Below are positions 29,826 through 38,863 of a stretch of 54,320 bases of DNA, piece after piece. How positions within the stretch are numbered: position 1 is the stretch's first letter; each line of letters begins with the position of its first letter. Origin of the DNA: a virus. Its lineage: Duplodnaviria > Caudoviricetes. The stretch spans positions 1-54,320 of IMG/VR virus record IMGVR_UViG_3300037041_002188; one strand, written 5' to 3'. The translations under genes and the position numbers were made by a program. The notes below the pieces were generated by a model that saw only the letters and a program-made list of their open reading frames with translations, made no database searches and was not told the DNA's origin.

Positions 29826-30308
29826 ATGTGGCATAAACTACTCTCAGTGTGGCATAAATTATTTTCGTTTTCGTTTTCGTTTTCGGAATTGGAGTCTAAT
29901 TTGAGGTTAATCACGCACTCACGCATATCCATCCACACAATATCTGACATTTTGGCATGTGTTAGACCGTCCTCAATAAAAGAACGAAAGCCCAAAGTTC
30001 AACTCGGTGAATACTATGTTAATTGCTTTTCAAATCGATTACAAACCTTTAAGACTAAAGGTTGTGTATGTCAGCACTGTGGTCTTATAGGAACTCATTT
30101 CGTGTTGGAGTTTTGTGAAAAAAATGCAGTTTCACCGCACCTAAATTTGTATGGGAGTGATGCCGGTAATGAAATACTGTTAACCGCAGACCACATTATA
30201 CCAAGATCTAAAGGTGGTAAAGATCATATTTCAAACCTTCAAACTCTCTGCGAGTCTTGTAATTCAAAAAAGGGGAATCAGTTAGAAGGAACAACGGTTT
30301 CAATGTGA
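29826..30308 (+). CDS. HNH endonuclease
   Basis: CQHCG...[12 protein letters not shown]...[14 protein letters not shown]. Confidence 0.85.
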   Translation: MWHKLLSVWHKLFSFSFSFSELESNLRLITHSRISIHTISDILACVRPSSIKERKPKVQLGEYYVNCFSNRLQTFKTKGCVCQHCGLIGTHFVLEFCEKNAVSPHLNLYGSDAGNEILLTADHIIPRSKGGKDHISNLQTLCESCNSKKGNQLEGTTVSM

Positions 30309-30329
30309 CAAAATCAATATGAGGAACGT

Positions 30330-30539
30330 ATGGAAACAATTATAAGCAAAGTTCTTTTGCAAAGAGCTATAGATGCCATTAAAGAAACTTGTAGTAATCA
30401 ATTTGTTAATGTTGAGGGAAGTTTTTATCCTCAGTGTGTGGCATGTGGTCGCACTAACATAGAGCATAATATGGGCAAGAAAATCGATTGTTCTTATGAA
30501 AACAACATTGAACTTATTGAAAAACTGGAAGCTCTATAA
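30330..30539 (+). CDS. Small Cys-containing hypothetical protein
   Basis: SD GAGGA; CVAC motif. Confidence 0.55.
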   Translation: METIISKVLLQRAIDAIKETCSNQFVNVEGSFYPQCVACGRTNIEHNMGKKIDCSYENNIELIEKLEAL

Positions 30540-30832
30540 TGAACAAAAAAGACATGGGTACAATTATGACAAATTTTGAAGTTAGGTATGAGAATGGGGC
30601 ATCCCATATTGTCCCGGCTGAAACTGTAGAAGAGGCATTAAAAATAGCTGATGAATCTTTGAGAGGGTGCTTACCCAAGGATTTTGATTACGCCAACCTT
30701 GTTCGAGTTACTATCATTAGAAGGTGCGGTTTTTGTGCTTTATGCGGTAAAGAAAGCAAAGTATTGAAAAAATTAAATCTGCCTATGGGTTGGGGTGTAG
30801 TTGTGTGTGGTGATTGTTCCGCACTAGTGTAG
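30539..30832 (+). CDS. Small zinc-finger protein
   Basis: CALC...CGDC; TAATG overlap with the upstream gene. Confidence 0.55.
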   Translation: MNKKDMGTIMTNFEVRYENGASHIVPAETVEEALKIADESLRGCLPKDFDYANLVRVTIIRRCGFCALCGKESKVLKKLNLPMGWGVVVCGDCSALV

Positions 30833-31238
30833 CATACAGGTATGCATTCGGTGAGTACTTCTCAGAGGCCCATATCGAGTCATGAGAGTCTTTTTTATTT
30901 TTAATGTTACAGTATGCAGCAGCTATAGCCGACGATCTACATGACCCCATCATACAGTGTATGATTAGGGTATCTTCTTTTACACCCTTGAAGAATTCAA
31001 GGATTTCTTCAGATTGTGTTTGTGACATGTTGTGATCTACAAATGTTATTTTTTTTGTAGTAGTGAAAGTATTTTCATAATCTAGTGGTATGTAATGGTC
31101 ATCAGTATCTCCAATACGAAGTAAATGACTACGCTGGAGATCGTATTGACGAGGATTAAATGTTTTTGTTCTGTTTTGTGAAAGGATTAAAATGCCATCT
31201 TTGAGTAGGAGTAGTTCGTCGGGGATAAGATTACACAT
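30783..31238 (-). CDS. Cys-based protein tyrosine/dual-specificity phosphatase-like protein
   Basis: P-loop IIHCMMGSCRS (CX5R) and PN motif. Confidence 0.8.
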   Translation of the reverse strand: MCNLIPDELLLLKDGILILSQNRTKTFNPRQYDLQRSHLLRIGDTDDHYIPLDYENTFTTTKKITFVDHNMSQTQSEEILEFFKGVKEDTLIIHCMMGSCRSSAIAAAYCNIKNKKDSHDSIWASEKYSPNAYLYATLVRNNHHTQLHPNP

Positions 31239-31252
31239 TCGTACCTTCTGTC

Positions 31253-31753
31253 TTATGCTACCTTGGATGGTCTATTTACTTCTTCGCCCTCATATATCAA
31301 TATGAAGTCCTCTTTGCGTGACCCATGCTTTTCTTTTGCCGCTGCAAAAGCAGCATGATCGTTTCCAAAGAATTCCTTACAAATAGACATATAGCTAACA
31401 TTGAATCGTTTGCCAATAGATTTCAATATAAATCCTGCCAATTTTCCACCTTCTTGTAAAAATTTGATAGCGAGATCTTCAAAGCGATATCGTTCATCAG
31501 CAATGGCATCAATTTTTTCTTGCAGGGCTTGAATTTTAAGCTCAAGTTTATCGATACCACAAAGTTTTTTTGCTTTTTCGAGTTCCTTTTCCATTCGGAT
31601 TTCCATTTTTTCCTTTTCTGCTTCTAGTTTTTTTTCTTCCTTGAGGTAACTGGCATATTTCTTTTGTTCTGCAATAGACACAGGAGATTTTTTTTGTATC
31701 TTTTTAATTCTTCTTTGTGATGGGTTGATGCTGCTTGGTTTTGACTTACTCAT
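31253..31753 (-). CDS. Basic coiled-coil hypothetical protein
   Basis: SD AAGGGG; 166 aa. Confidence 0.7.
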   Translation of the reverse strand: MSKSKPSSINPSQRRIKKIQKKSPVSIAEQKKYASYLKEEKKLEAEKEKMEIRMEKELEKAKKLCGIDKLELKIQALQEKIDAIADERYRFEDLAIKFLQEGGKLAGFILKSIGKRFNVSYMSICKEFFGNDHAAFAAAKEKHGSRKEDFILIYEGEEVNRPSKVA

Positions 31754-31779
31754 TTAATCCCCTTTCATTTTGTGGTTGT

Positions 31780-31814
31780 ATTAAAGTATTCGGACTTATT
31801 TTTTAATTTCTTTA
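31780..31814 (-). promoter_or_regulatory. Putative sigma28-like promoter TAAAG-N16-CCGAA
   Basis: Minus strand TAAAG(31814-31810)-16 nt-CCGAA-3 nt-TTTAAT, about 36 nt upstream of ATG 31753. Confidence 0.5.
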
Positions 31815-32003
31815 CTTTTTTTGAAAAAAAGTTTTAAGTCACTTAAATTACAAACATAAATATGTGGTCCTGTGAGCTATTATCTTTTGAAGTGAAAATA
31901 GCTGTAATAGGCATAAGCGAAATGTATGCCATTAACCATGTTATGTATGTGGTTGTAATCACAAGAGAATATACGGATTGTCTAACATAGTAATGTCTAC
32001 AGA

Positions 32004-32201
32004 TTAGTCATCAAGTAAATTTAATGCATATATAATTTCGTCTATGCGGCTTGTTATTTGCTCAAATAGAAACGCATAGGTATATTTTTGCTTACTTGTT
32101 AGCTGTTGATTGCTCAAAAGATATAGAGAATTTAATTTAAAGGTATGCTCATCAAGTCGTTCAAGCAGCATAGATTTTACAAATCGTTTTTTTTCCAACA
32201 C
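32004..32201 (-). CDS. Small hypothetical protein
   Basis: 65 aa; G-rich SD. Confidence 0.5.
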   Translation of the reverse strand: MLEKKRFVKSMLLERLDEHTFKLNSLYLLSNQQLTSKQKYTYAFLFEQITSRIDEIIYALNLLDD

Positions 32202-32228
32202 CCACCCCCTTACATCATGCTTTTGGTC

Positions 32229-32256
32229 CTATCGCAGATTTAGGGGGGAAACTTTA
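32229..32256 (-). promoter_or_regulatory. Putative sigma28-like promoter TAAAG-N16-GCGATA
   Basis: Same spacing as the two motifs above; upstream of 32201. Confidence 0.4.
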
Positions 32257-32261
32257 AAAAA

Positions 32262-32540
32262 TTAAGTAATCTTGTTCAAATCTATATTGTGCTCGTTCAA
32301 AATTTCACAAAACTTCTCTTCCAGAATACTTATCGCTTCACATATCTTATCTCCCTGCCCCTCTGGTGCCTCTTCTATCATCTTATGCAGCTTAGGATCT
32401 GGGTAGCCATGCTTTCTAGCAGGTCGAAAAATTTCTTGTTGGATAGTCCAAAGCGCAAGCAGTGCATTAGCTCCACTTGTCGCACAGTAAAATTCATAAT
32501 CCTCATCCGGTAGCTTATATTTGAGTGTGGCTGTTGGCAT
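32262..32540 (-). CDS. Hypothetical phage protein
   Basis: SD GGGAG; 92 aa. Confidence 0.7.
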   Translation of the reverse strand: MPTATLKYKLPDEDYEFYCATSGANALLALWTIQQEIFRPARKHGYPDPKLHKMIEEAPEGQGDKICEAISILEEKFCEILNEHNIDLNKIT

Positions 32541-32605
32541 ATACTACTCCCTTTCCTCATTATGGTTAACCTTATATTAAGATATAATAGTTCTTGGGGG
32601 TTTTT

Positions 32606-33094
32606 ATGGCTGGTAGCTTATGGGATTTTTTGTCAGACTTGCTAGACTATTTCAGAAATAAGCCCAACATAGATTGGTCTGATCCTAATTCACATGTCAC
32701 AGAAAACTTTACTGTTCGAGAAGCGTTATGGTTACCTAAATGGAACCGTCTTGCAGATGATGATGATGGTTTAACAGAAGAACATAAGGACAATTTAATT
32801 GTTCTTTTCCATAAAATGGAAACAGTTCGTTCATTTTTTAAGTCTCCTATTCTTGTGAATGTAGCATATCGCCCACCAGAGTATAATAACTTGCTAGACG
32901 GTGCTGCGACAGATTCAGCACATCTTTATGGTATGGCTGTGGATTGGTACATTGCTGGTGTAGATTGTAACTGGATTCGATCTCAACTAGTACCTTATCT
33001 CGATCAATGGCAATTACGTTGTGAGGATGCCCCTGTAAACTGGGTTCATTTGGATATTAGACAGCCTTTGTATCAAAGATACTTCAAACCTTGA
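32606..33094 (+). CDS. Peptidase M15A-like Zn peptidase (candidate endolysin)
   Basis: AYRPPEYN...SAHLYGMAVD...WVHLD motifs. Confidence 0.85.
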   Translation: MAGSLWDFLSDLLDYFRNKPNIDWSDPNSHVTENFTVREALWLPKWNRLADDDDGLTEEHKDNLIVLFHKMETVRSFFKSPILVNVAYRPPEYNNLLDGAATDSAHLYGMAVDWYIAGVDCNWIRSQLVPYLDQWQLRCEDAPVNWVHLDIRQPLYQRYFKP

Positions 33095-33175
33095 CGGTAC
33101 TTTTTTGTAGTGGTATGCAAGGGAAATGGTTTTCGTGTGTTTTCAAGTTTAGGTGATCGAATCTTCTGAAAACAG

Positions 33176-33210
33176 AAATAGCTGAGTAGTTAATACTCAG
33201 CTATTTTTTT
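33176..33210. terminator. Intrinsic terminator
   Basis: AAATAGCTGAGTA-GTTAA-TACTCAGCTATTTTTTT. Confidence 0.8.
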
Positions 33211-33346
33211 GTTTGATCTATACAAGTAATAAAACCCCATCAGTTTTTTTACCTCTCCGTTGGATAGAACAAACACCCTCAAATTATCTACTTTCGAAGA
33301 TCCTGTCAACATAGGTTACTTTGTAAGTATAATAAGGAGAGATTGT

Positions 33347-33844
33347 ATGCGATATTTTATTTCTTTGGTCCTATTGTTGCTATGTCACTCATGTATAAGT
33401 ATTAATCAAACCATGCCACAGCCGATGTCAAATGACACAGAGCTACCAAAAGTATTTCGCTTTGATATTGTACCAACTATGCAAAGCTCTACGTTAACAG
33501 AACTTGTTCGTTTAATTAATGTCGAGAGGGCAAAAGTTAAAGCTGCTCCTGTTGTATTGTCCACCGGGCTAAACTGCGCTGCTCAGAAACATGCAAATGA
33601 TATTGGTGCTAAAAAAAGATGCACACATACTGGATCAGATGGGTCATCGCCTTGGGATAGGGCTAAACGGTGCGGTACCTATGCCAACGGTGAAATAGTA
33701 GCTTGTGGATATCAAACACCGGAAGCGACAGTTAAGGGCTGGTATGGCTCTTCTGGCCATAGAACTATAATGCTTAATCGAACATACACTAGAATTGGTG
33801 TTGGAATGTACAATAACTATTGGGTAGCTATTTTCTCAAAATAG
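33347..33844 (+). CDS. CAP/SCP-domain (lipo)protein
   Basis: SD AAGGAG, signal peptide with Cys, AAQKHA, THTGSDGSSP, GEIVA, SSGHR. Confidence 0.85.
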   Translation: MRYFISLVLLLLCHSCISINQTMPQPMSNDTELPKVFRFDIVPTMQSSTLTELVRLINVERAKVKAAPVVLSTGLNCAAQKHANDIGAKKRCTHTGSDGSSPWDRAKRCGTYANGEIVACGYQTPEATVKGWYGSSGHRTIMLNRTYTRIGVGMYNNYWVAIFSK

Positions 33845-33857
33845 CTTAGAGGTTTCT

Positions 33858-34067
33858 ATGCTTATGTATTTAGCATCGTTTTTAGTCGGCATATACATAG
33901 CTGCATTTACGCTCATATGGTTTTTTGGTTCTATTGACCCGTATGGAAAATATAAATCCCGTTACGCCCTAATATGGTTTTTTGGTTCTATTGAACCCTA
34001 CGGGAGATTTAAATTTCGCCATGCTCTGTTCTGGCCATTTTATATTAAAAAATTATTTAGGGGTTGA
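33858..34067 (+). CDS. Small membrane protein with internal 19-aa duplication
   Basis: SD GAGGT; IWFFGSIDPYGKYKSRYAL / IWFFGSIEPYGRFKFRHAL. Confidence 0.6.
   Translation: MLMYLASFLVGIYIAAFTLIWFFGSIDPYGKYKSRYALIWFFGSIEPYGRFKFRHALFWPFYIKKLFRG
33915..34028 (+). repeat. 57-bp tandem duplication
   Basis: ATATGGTTTTTTGGTTCTATTGA occurs at 33915 and 33972. Confidence 0.85.
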
Positions 34068-34219
34068 TACGATTCTGCGTCTTTTTGGTGGTGAGATTGT
34101 TATATCTTCTGTTCCTTTTACTTTAAAAAGGGAAGCTGCGTTTGTTTGCGTATCTTGCTTCTTTTCTTCTCGTCTATATTTTCTAATGTAGCTCATACTA
34201 GTCCAATTTGTGTGTACAA

Positions 34220-34303
34220 TACAGATGGCCGGAATTGAACCGGCAAGAGTTTACACTCGCAAGATTTTAAGTCTTGTGTGTCTACCAATTCCACCACATC
34301 TGC
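34220..34303 (-). tRNA. trnL: tRNA-Leu(TAA), CCA not encoded
   Basis: Acceptor GCAGATG/CATCTGT, D-loop GGAATTGGTAGAC, anticodon stem CAAGA/TCTTG with loop CTTAAAA, long variable arm, GCCGGTTCAATTCCGGC T-arm. Confidence 0.95.
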
Positions 34304-34359
34304 AAAAAAGAGTGAAAATATCTCTAGGGTTCAAATCTTAGTATATGGCTAGGGGTATG

Positions 34360-34680
34360 TCAACACACAAGGGATTTTTCTATGAAAATATCGACTTTTT
34401 CTTTTGTTTGGTTCCCTACTAAAGTATCAACAGGTTCGCCTTCTTTGAAAAATATCAAATATGGGATTGATCTAATACCAAAATTAGAGGCTACTGTTGT
34501 CTGTTCATCTACATTGCATTTAGCTATAACTACTTCCTCACCATACTCCTCTTCAATATTTTCAAGGGTGTGAAGCATCTGTAGACAAGGGCCGCACCAT
34601 TCGGCCCAAAAATCGACTAGTACAGGGGATTTACTTTTCAGTACAACTTCTTCAAAATTTTCATCAGTCACTTCTAACAT
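34360..34680 (-). CDS. trxA: Thioredoxin
   Basis: DFWAEWCGPC and IRSIP; SD GGAG before ATG 34680. Confidence 0.92.
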   Translation of the reverse strand: MLEVTDENFEEVVLKSKSPVLVDFWAEWCGPCLQMLHTLENIEEEYGEEVVIAKCNVDEQTTVASNFGIRSIPYLIFFKEGEPVDTLVGNQTKEKVDIFIEKSLVC

Positions 34681-34717
34681 ATGTTTAACTCCATAGTTCA
34701 AAAAAAAGTATTCAAAA

Positions 34718-35815
34718 CTATGGATAAGATAACTGTGCTCCAATTTTTTCTATCGACAGCTTTTTCAAATTGTCACACATGGTAGTAAACTCTGGACACC
34801 ATACAGTGAACCCATCATAATCAGGGTATAGTGATCCATCCATTTGCTTACCACTTAGTATCCAAAGTAGCATACCACTTACATTATTTTGGTTTGCTAG
34901 TGAATACCAGTTAGTAAATATTTCATTTCTTTTTAGTCTATCCTTTAGGCCATACTCACCCAAAAAAACGGGTTTGTTTAGACTTTTAGCTACTTGTGCA
35001 TGTTTAACAATATATTCGTTTGCTTGCTGCTCATTAAATCCCCACCAGTCGGGATACAAATGAAATGAAACAACATCAATATTTTTTGACTTATGAGCTT
35101 CAAAAGGATCACTGTCGATAGCTCCCTCAGAACCAGTTGTCACTAGGTGATTCGTATCTATTGTTTTTATATACCCTGACATCTCATCAATCCAGTTGTA
35201 AAGAGCGTACTTGTCTCCGCATCTAGGCTCATTCATCAACTCCCACATCAGTATGGTAGGCTCGTCCTTATACGCAACACCTGTGTAAGTATTTACCCTA
35301 TTCAAAACATATTTCACATAGTCTCTGTAAATACTTTTCATATCTTCATCTCGGAAGAAATCGTCGTGGTTATATTTTTTTGTCCATGATAAGTATTGAT
35401 TGATCCCACCAAAATCACCCCAGTTGTTTGCTAGTGCAAGTACAAGTTTGATATTTTCTTTTTTAGCTTTGTATATAACGTAGTCTAATTTTTTAAAGGT
35501 TGGTTCATCATATTTTCTAGCTTCTGGTTGAAAACAAAAGCCATCATGCATACCACCATCACAAAAAGCCCAAGTTCTTATTACATTCATATTCAAAGAT
35601 TTAGCATCCTCGAAAACTTCATCTACCATGGCTTGAGGTTTGTAAAAGAAATAGTATTGATTAGCACCCGAAAATTGAAATTCCTTATTGTCAATAATAA
35701 TTTTTTGGTCTTTTACTTGTGCAAACTCAATGCCGCAAGCGGTTTGCACAAAAAGTAGAAAGGTAAAGAGAGTGAAAAGAAAGATATTAGCTATAATCTT
35801 CATATGCACCACCAT
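34718..35815 (-). CDS. Secreted GH5 glycoside hydrolase, mannan endo-1,4-beta-mannosidase-like
   Basis: Signal peptide, GANQYY, IRTWAF, NNWGDFGG, WELMNEPR (acid/base), FHLYP, GEYG (nucleophile). Confidence 0.88.
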   Translation of the reverse strand: MVVHMKIIANIFLFTLFTFLLFVQTACGIEFAQVKDQKIIIDNKEFQFSGANQYYFFYKPQAMVDEVFEDAKSLNMNVIRTWAFCDGGMHDGFCFQPEARKYDEPTFKKLDYVIYKAKKENIKLVLALANNWGDFGGINQYLSWTKKYNHDDFFRDEDMKSIYRDYVKYVLNRVNTYTGVAYKDEPTILMWELMNEPRCGDKYALYNWIDEMSGYIKTIDTNHLVTTGSEGAIDSDPFEAHKSKNIDVVSFHLYPDWWGFNEQQANEYIVKHAQVAKSLNKPVFLGEYGLKDRLKRNEIFTNWYSLANQNNVSGMLLWILSGKQMDGSLYPDYDGFTVWCPEFTTMCDNLKKLSIEKIGAQLSYP

Positions 35816-35872
35816 AATTGTTAAAGGAAAAACCTATTAACAAGTTAAGATGGTTTTTGTTTTGTAGCTTTA

Positions 35873-36658
35873 TTACTTTAATCGATGATATGACACAACA
35901 ACCATGAGAATTTTCATTTCATTATACGTAAGAAAATTACTTTTTATCTGATTACATGGGGTACAGCAAGAAACAGAATTCTCTATAGTATATCCTATAT
36001 TTTTCTCAGGGTTCTTTTTATCTAAACCATAACCCGTACCAATATTTTCAGTACCACAATAAGCGCAAGGTTGTGAAAGTAATTTATGATATTGTTCAAA
36101 ACTAATTTCAAGATTTATATTTTTGTCTTTTGATGCTCTAACCAATCTCCCCCATCGTTTTCTAACAGATGAACATTTTGTTACGTTGTGAAGGCTATAT
36201 AATTTGGTTACTTGTGGTATGCCCATTTCACCTTGTAGAATTGCGTGAAACATAAGTAGCTCTTCTGGTAATAGTAGATCTCTTTTTACCGTGTTGCATC
36301 TGAGGCAGCAAGGAACGCAGTTCTGTTTAGAATACCCTTTTGAAGAATCAAGGCGATCTATATTAGGTGCGGTTAAAGATAGGTCTATTTTACAGTAATG
36401 ACATTTATTCGTTGAACGGATTTCTATAAAATCAGCTAACTCTATTTCAAAGGGAACATTTGCTACCTTGGCTCTTCTTTTTAGGTAAGTATATTGTCTT
36501 GTGGGAAGTGTAGCTAAACTTTTTATCCGTTGTTTTTCACGCTCCCTATGCTTCGCATAGTGTTTTTTATTGCGCTTTCTATTTGCAATTTTACCCTTGT
36601 CTGTTTGAGCGTATAATTTTTTCCTTTCTCTAATTTTGTCATCAGTGGTCATTCCCAA
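35873..36658 (-). CDS. Double HNH-like (C.YC...DR.D..GY...N.V.CC..CN..K) endonuclease
   Basis: Two copies of the Cys-rich nuclease motif; overlaps the ibrB stop. Confidence 0.7.
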   Translation of the reverse strand: MGMTTDDKIRERKKLYAQTDKGKIANRKRNKKHYAKHREREKQRIKSLATLPTRQYTYLKRRAKVANVPFEIELADFIEIRSTNKCHYCKIDLSLTAPNIDRLDSSKGYSKQNCVPCCLRCNTVKRDLLLPEELLMFHAILQGEMGIPQVTKLYSLHNVTKCSSVRKRWGRLVRASKDKNINLEISFEQYHKLLSQPCAYCGTENIGTGYGLDKKNPEKNIGYTIENSVSCCTPCNQIKSNFLTYNEMKILMVVVSYHRLK

Positions 36659-37143
36659 GATTTACTATACTCCCTGTCCTTAAATATTTCTGGTAATCCT
36701 GTAGCTTGCTTTAATCGCAATACTTCATCAGCATCCATTCCTAGATGTTTAGCGATCTCAGCATCATCCCATCCCTGTTTAAAAAGGCTTGCTACAATAT
36801 CGACCATGGGTTCAATGCCATGTTTACCTCTGGCTCTATTATGCCTTATGGTAGAAGCAATTCTTTCTTTCAGAGGCTTATCAATTACTACAATAGGTAT
36901 CTCAGGTAGTTTAAATAGTTCTTTCGCACAGCGATATCTATGAAAGCCATCCACTATGATGTACTTATCATTAACATCGTCGTAATAGCATACGACTGGC
37001 TGAGTAAAACCATCTTCTTCAATGGAGTGTTGCAGTAGTTTAAATTCGGGCGGTGCTACTGTGTTGGGGTTATAACTGTTTGCGATGACTTTTGTGATGT
37101 CTACCATCTTCACATCAAGAACAGGGAAGGTTATTTTCTTCAT
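36649..37143 (-). CDS. ibrB: IbrB/YbdM-like ParB-domain protein
   Basis: NSYNPNTVAPPE, DGFTQPVV, IVDGFHRY, STIRHNRARGKH, LGMDADEVLRLKQ, YSKSW. Confidence 0.9.
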   Translation of the reverse strand: MKKITFPVLDVKMVDITKVIANSYNPNTVAPPEFKLLQHSIEEDGFTQPVVCYYDDVNDKYIIVDGFHRYRCAKELFKLPEIPIVVIDKPLKERIASTIRHNRARGKHGIEPMVDIVASLFKQGWDDAEIAKHLGMDADEVLRLKQATGLPEIFKDREYSKSWE

Positions 37144-37619
37144 TCGTTCACTTTCTTAACCAAGTTGTAGTAACCACGTTGACCGTAAATAACAAAGCCA
37201 TTTTTTTTGTAAAGATGCATACTCCTATCATCCTTCACCATGGCCCGGAGTTCACCTTTATCTTTCAAATATTTTAACCTTGTGTTGAATAGTTTTGAAC
37301 CGCACCCCTTACCCTTATACTTATCAAGGACAAAAAATTGATTCAATAACACATGGCTTTTCTTTTTAAAAGCAGTACAGAAACCAGTAACCACATCACC
37401 CTCGAACATAACAAACCAGATGCTGTTAGGTTCGTTATACAAAGGTTCACCAAAAGTTTTGAAAAAAGTTTTATCAGCAAAAAATGGCCCCATTAATCCA
37501 TAAAATGATTTTGTTTGTTGCGCTTCAGTATAAATTTTTATTTCCATAGAGAGTTCTCCATCATTATTACTACAGGCATCGGATTTTTCTACCGTTTCTT
37601 GAATACTATCTGTAATCAT
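37140..37619 (-). CDS. GNAT family acetyltransferase
   Basis: FFV...YKGKGCGSKL motif A and LYKKNGF motif B; alternative start at MEIKIY. Confidence 0.8.
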   Translation of the reverse strand: MITDSIQETVEKSDACSNNDGELSMEIKIYTEAQQTKSFYGLMGPFFADKTFFKTFGEPLYNEPNSIWFVMFEGDVVTGFCTAFKKKSHVLLNQFFVLDKYKGKGCGSKLFNTRLKYLKDKGELRAMVKDDRSMHLYKKNGFVIYGQRGYYNLVKKVNE

Positions 37620-38863
37620 TTGATTTTATAACCTTCTAATAAATCATTTATGGCTTTATCTGTTCGTTTAGATTCTGCAAATCCGTATTTTTTACACATC
37701 CAATCTCTTTTGATGATGAAGTTCGCCATGGTTTCCCATGACCCTACGTATGCTATTGAGATATTATTATTGGCAGCAAATTCTTTAGCCTCTTTTCGAG
37801 TATCGAACCACCACTGCTTCAGTCCTAATTTATCTCTACTGTAGACTTCAAACCATCTTATAATAACATTGAATCGATATCGATAGTTTACTTGAGCTTC
37901 TGGTGGGAGTGAATCTAATAATAGCCATGTGAATTGTTCCCATGTACTATTTTTAGGTTTTTTTGTTCTCAGTGTGTTCAAATTTGTGTCGTTATACAAG
38001 GCACCAAAATTTGCACCCTCTACTCTATCAACTAAACGATGCCATGTCTCAGGCTCTATCTCATGCCATTGACCAAGATCTTTTTTCTGAACCTCACCAA
38101 GAGCATTACATATTCGCATCTCATGCAAAGTTTTTCCAGCTAGGTAGAACTTATCGTAGGTTTTGTTATAATCCCAACCATGCTTACCTGTCGCTGTCCA
38201 GATATCTTCTACTTGCCAGTCATAGATAGGTAAAGACACCCATGTCTTAATACCGCTATCTTTTGTTCGATAACACCATTTTGTTAACTTGTCTCTATTT
38301 TTCTCAGTCGCAATTAACATGTGCCGACCATAAGATTCATCGGTTCGTAAACCCAAAATACTAGCTATTTTATCAACACCCTTTTTTTCAGCTAACCAGT
38401 CTCCAAATTTTTTCACAACCCATAAGCTATATGAATTTTGAGAGTACCACTCTTTCCATGCCTCTGGTAAATTGTCCTCGTTTATGACACAAGGGTACTC
38501 AGGCATAGGTCTAACCCATTTATCCTTCTTAGCCTTATCCCAAGGCTTCCAGTACCGTTCAAAGACGCTAGAGCCATTATCTTCAGCTTCTGGTAGGCAT
38601 ATCCAATAAGGTTCAACTTCTTTTCGAAACATTTGTCTCTCAACAAAGTTAATTGTTTCCTTATAGCAAGTCTCCCAGTCAAAAAACATAACAGGGACAG
38701 GTAGCTTATTTTTAACCGTAGCCCTCTCAATAAATAGCTGCAAGGCAACACCGCTATCTTTTCCACCGCTGAAGCAAACAAAGAAAGCAGGGAAGTTATC
38801 AAGAATATAATCTACTCTTTCAACAGCAGCTTCATAAACATTTTTATTAATATACTTCTTCAT
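37616..38863 (-). CDS. ibrA: IbrA/YbdN-like PAPS-reductase-fold (DUF3440) protein
   Basis: FSGGKDS PP-loop, FDWE, YWICLP, GLRTDES..R, PIYDW..EDIW, MRI, EPETW..LV.RV.GANF. Confidence 0.9.
   Translation of the reverse strand: MKKYINKNVYEAAVERVDYILDNFPAFFVCFSGGKDSGVALQLFIERATVKNKLPVPVMFFDWETCYKETINFVERQMFRKEVEPYWICLPEAEDNGSSVFERYWKPWDKAKKDKWVRPMPEYPCVINEDNLPEAWKEWYSQNSYSLWVVKKFGDWLAEKKGVDKIASILGLRTDESYGRHMLIATEKNRDKLTKWCYRTKDSGIKTWVSLPIYDWQVEDIWTATGKHGWDYNKTYDKFYLAGKTLHEMRICNALGEVQKKDLGQWHEIEPETWHRLVDRVEGANFGALYNDTNLNTLRTKKPKNSTWEQFTWLLLDSLPPEAQVNYRYRFNVIIRWFEVYSRDKLGLKQWWFDTRKEAKEFAANNNISIAYVGSWETMANFIIKRDWMCKKYGFAESKRTDKAINDLLEGYKIK

Noticed and set aside
29826-29886. TGTGGCATAAA x2 and (TTTTCG)n microsatellite at the start of the HNH ORF
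   Set aside because: Very short, and the 6-nt unit preserves frame, so no evidence for phase variation.
34220-34303. tRNA as a prophage attachment site
   Set aside because: No integrase, no duplicated tRNA 3' end noticed, and phage-type genes on both sides.
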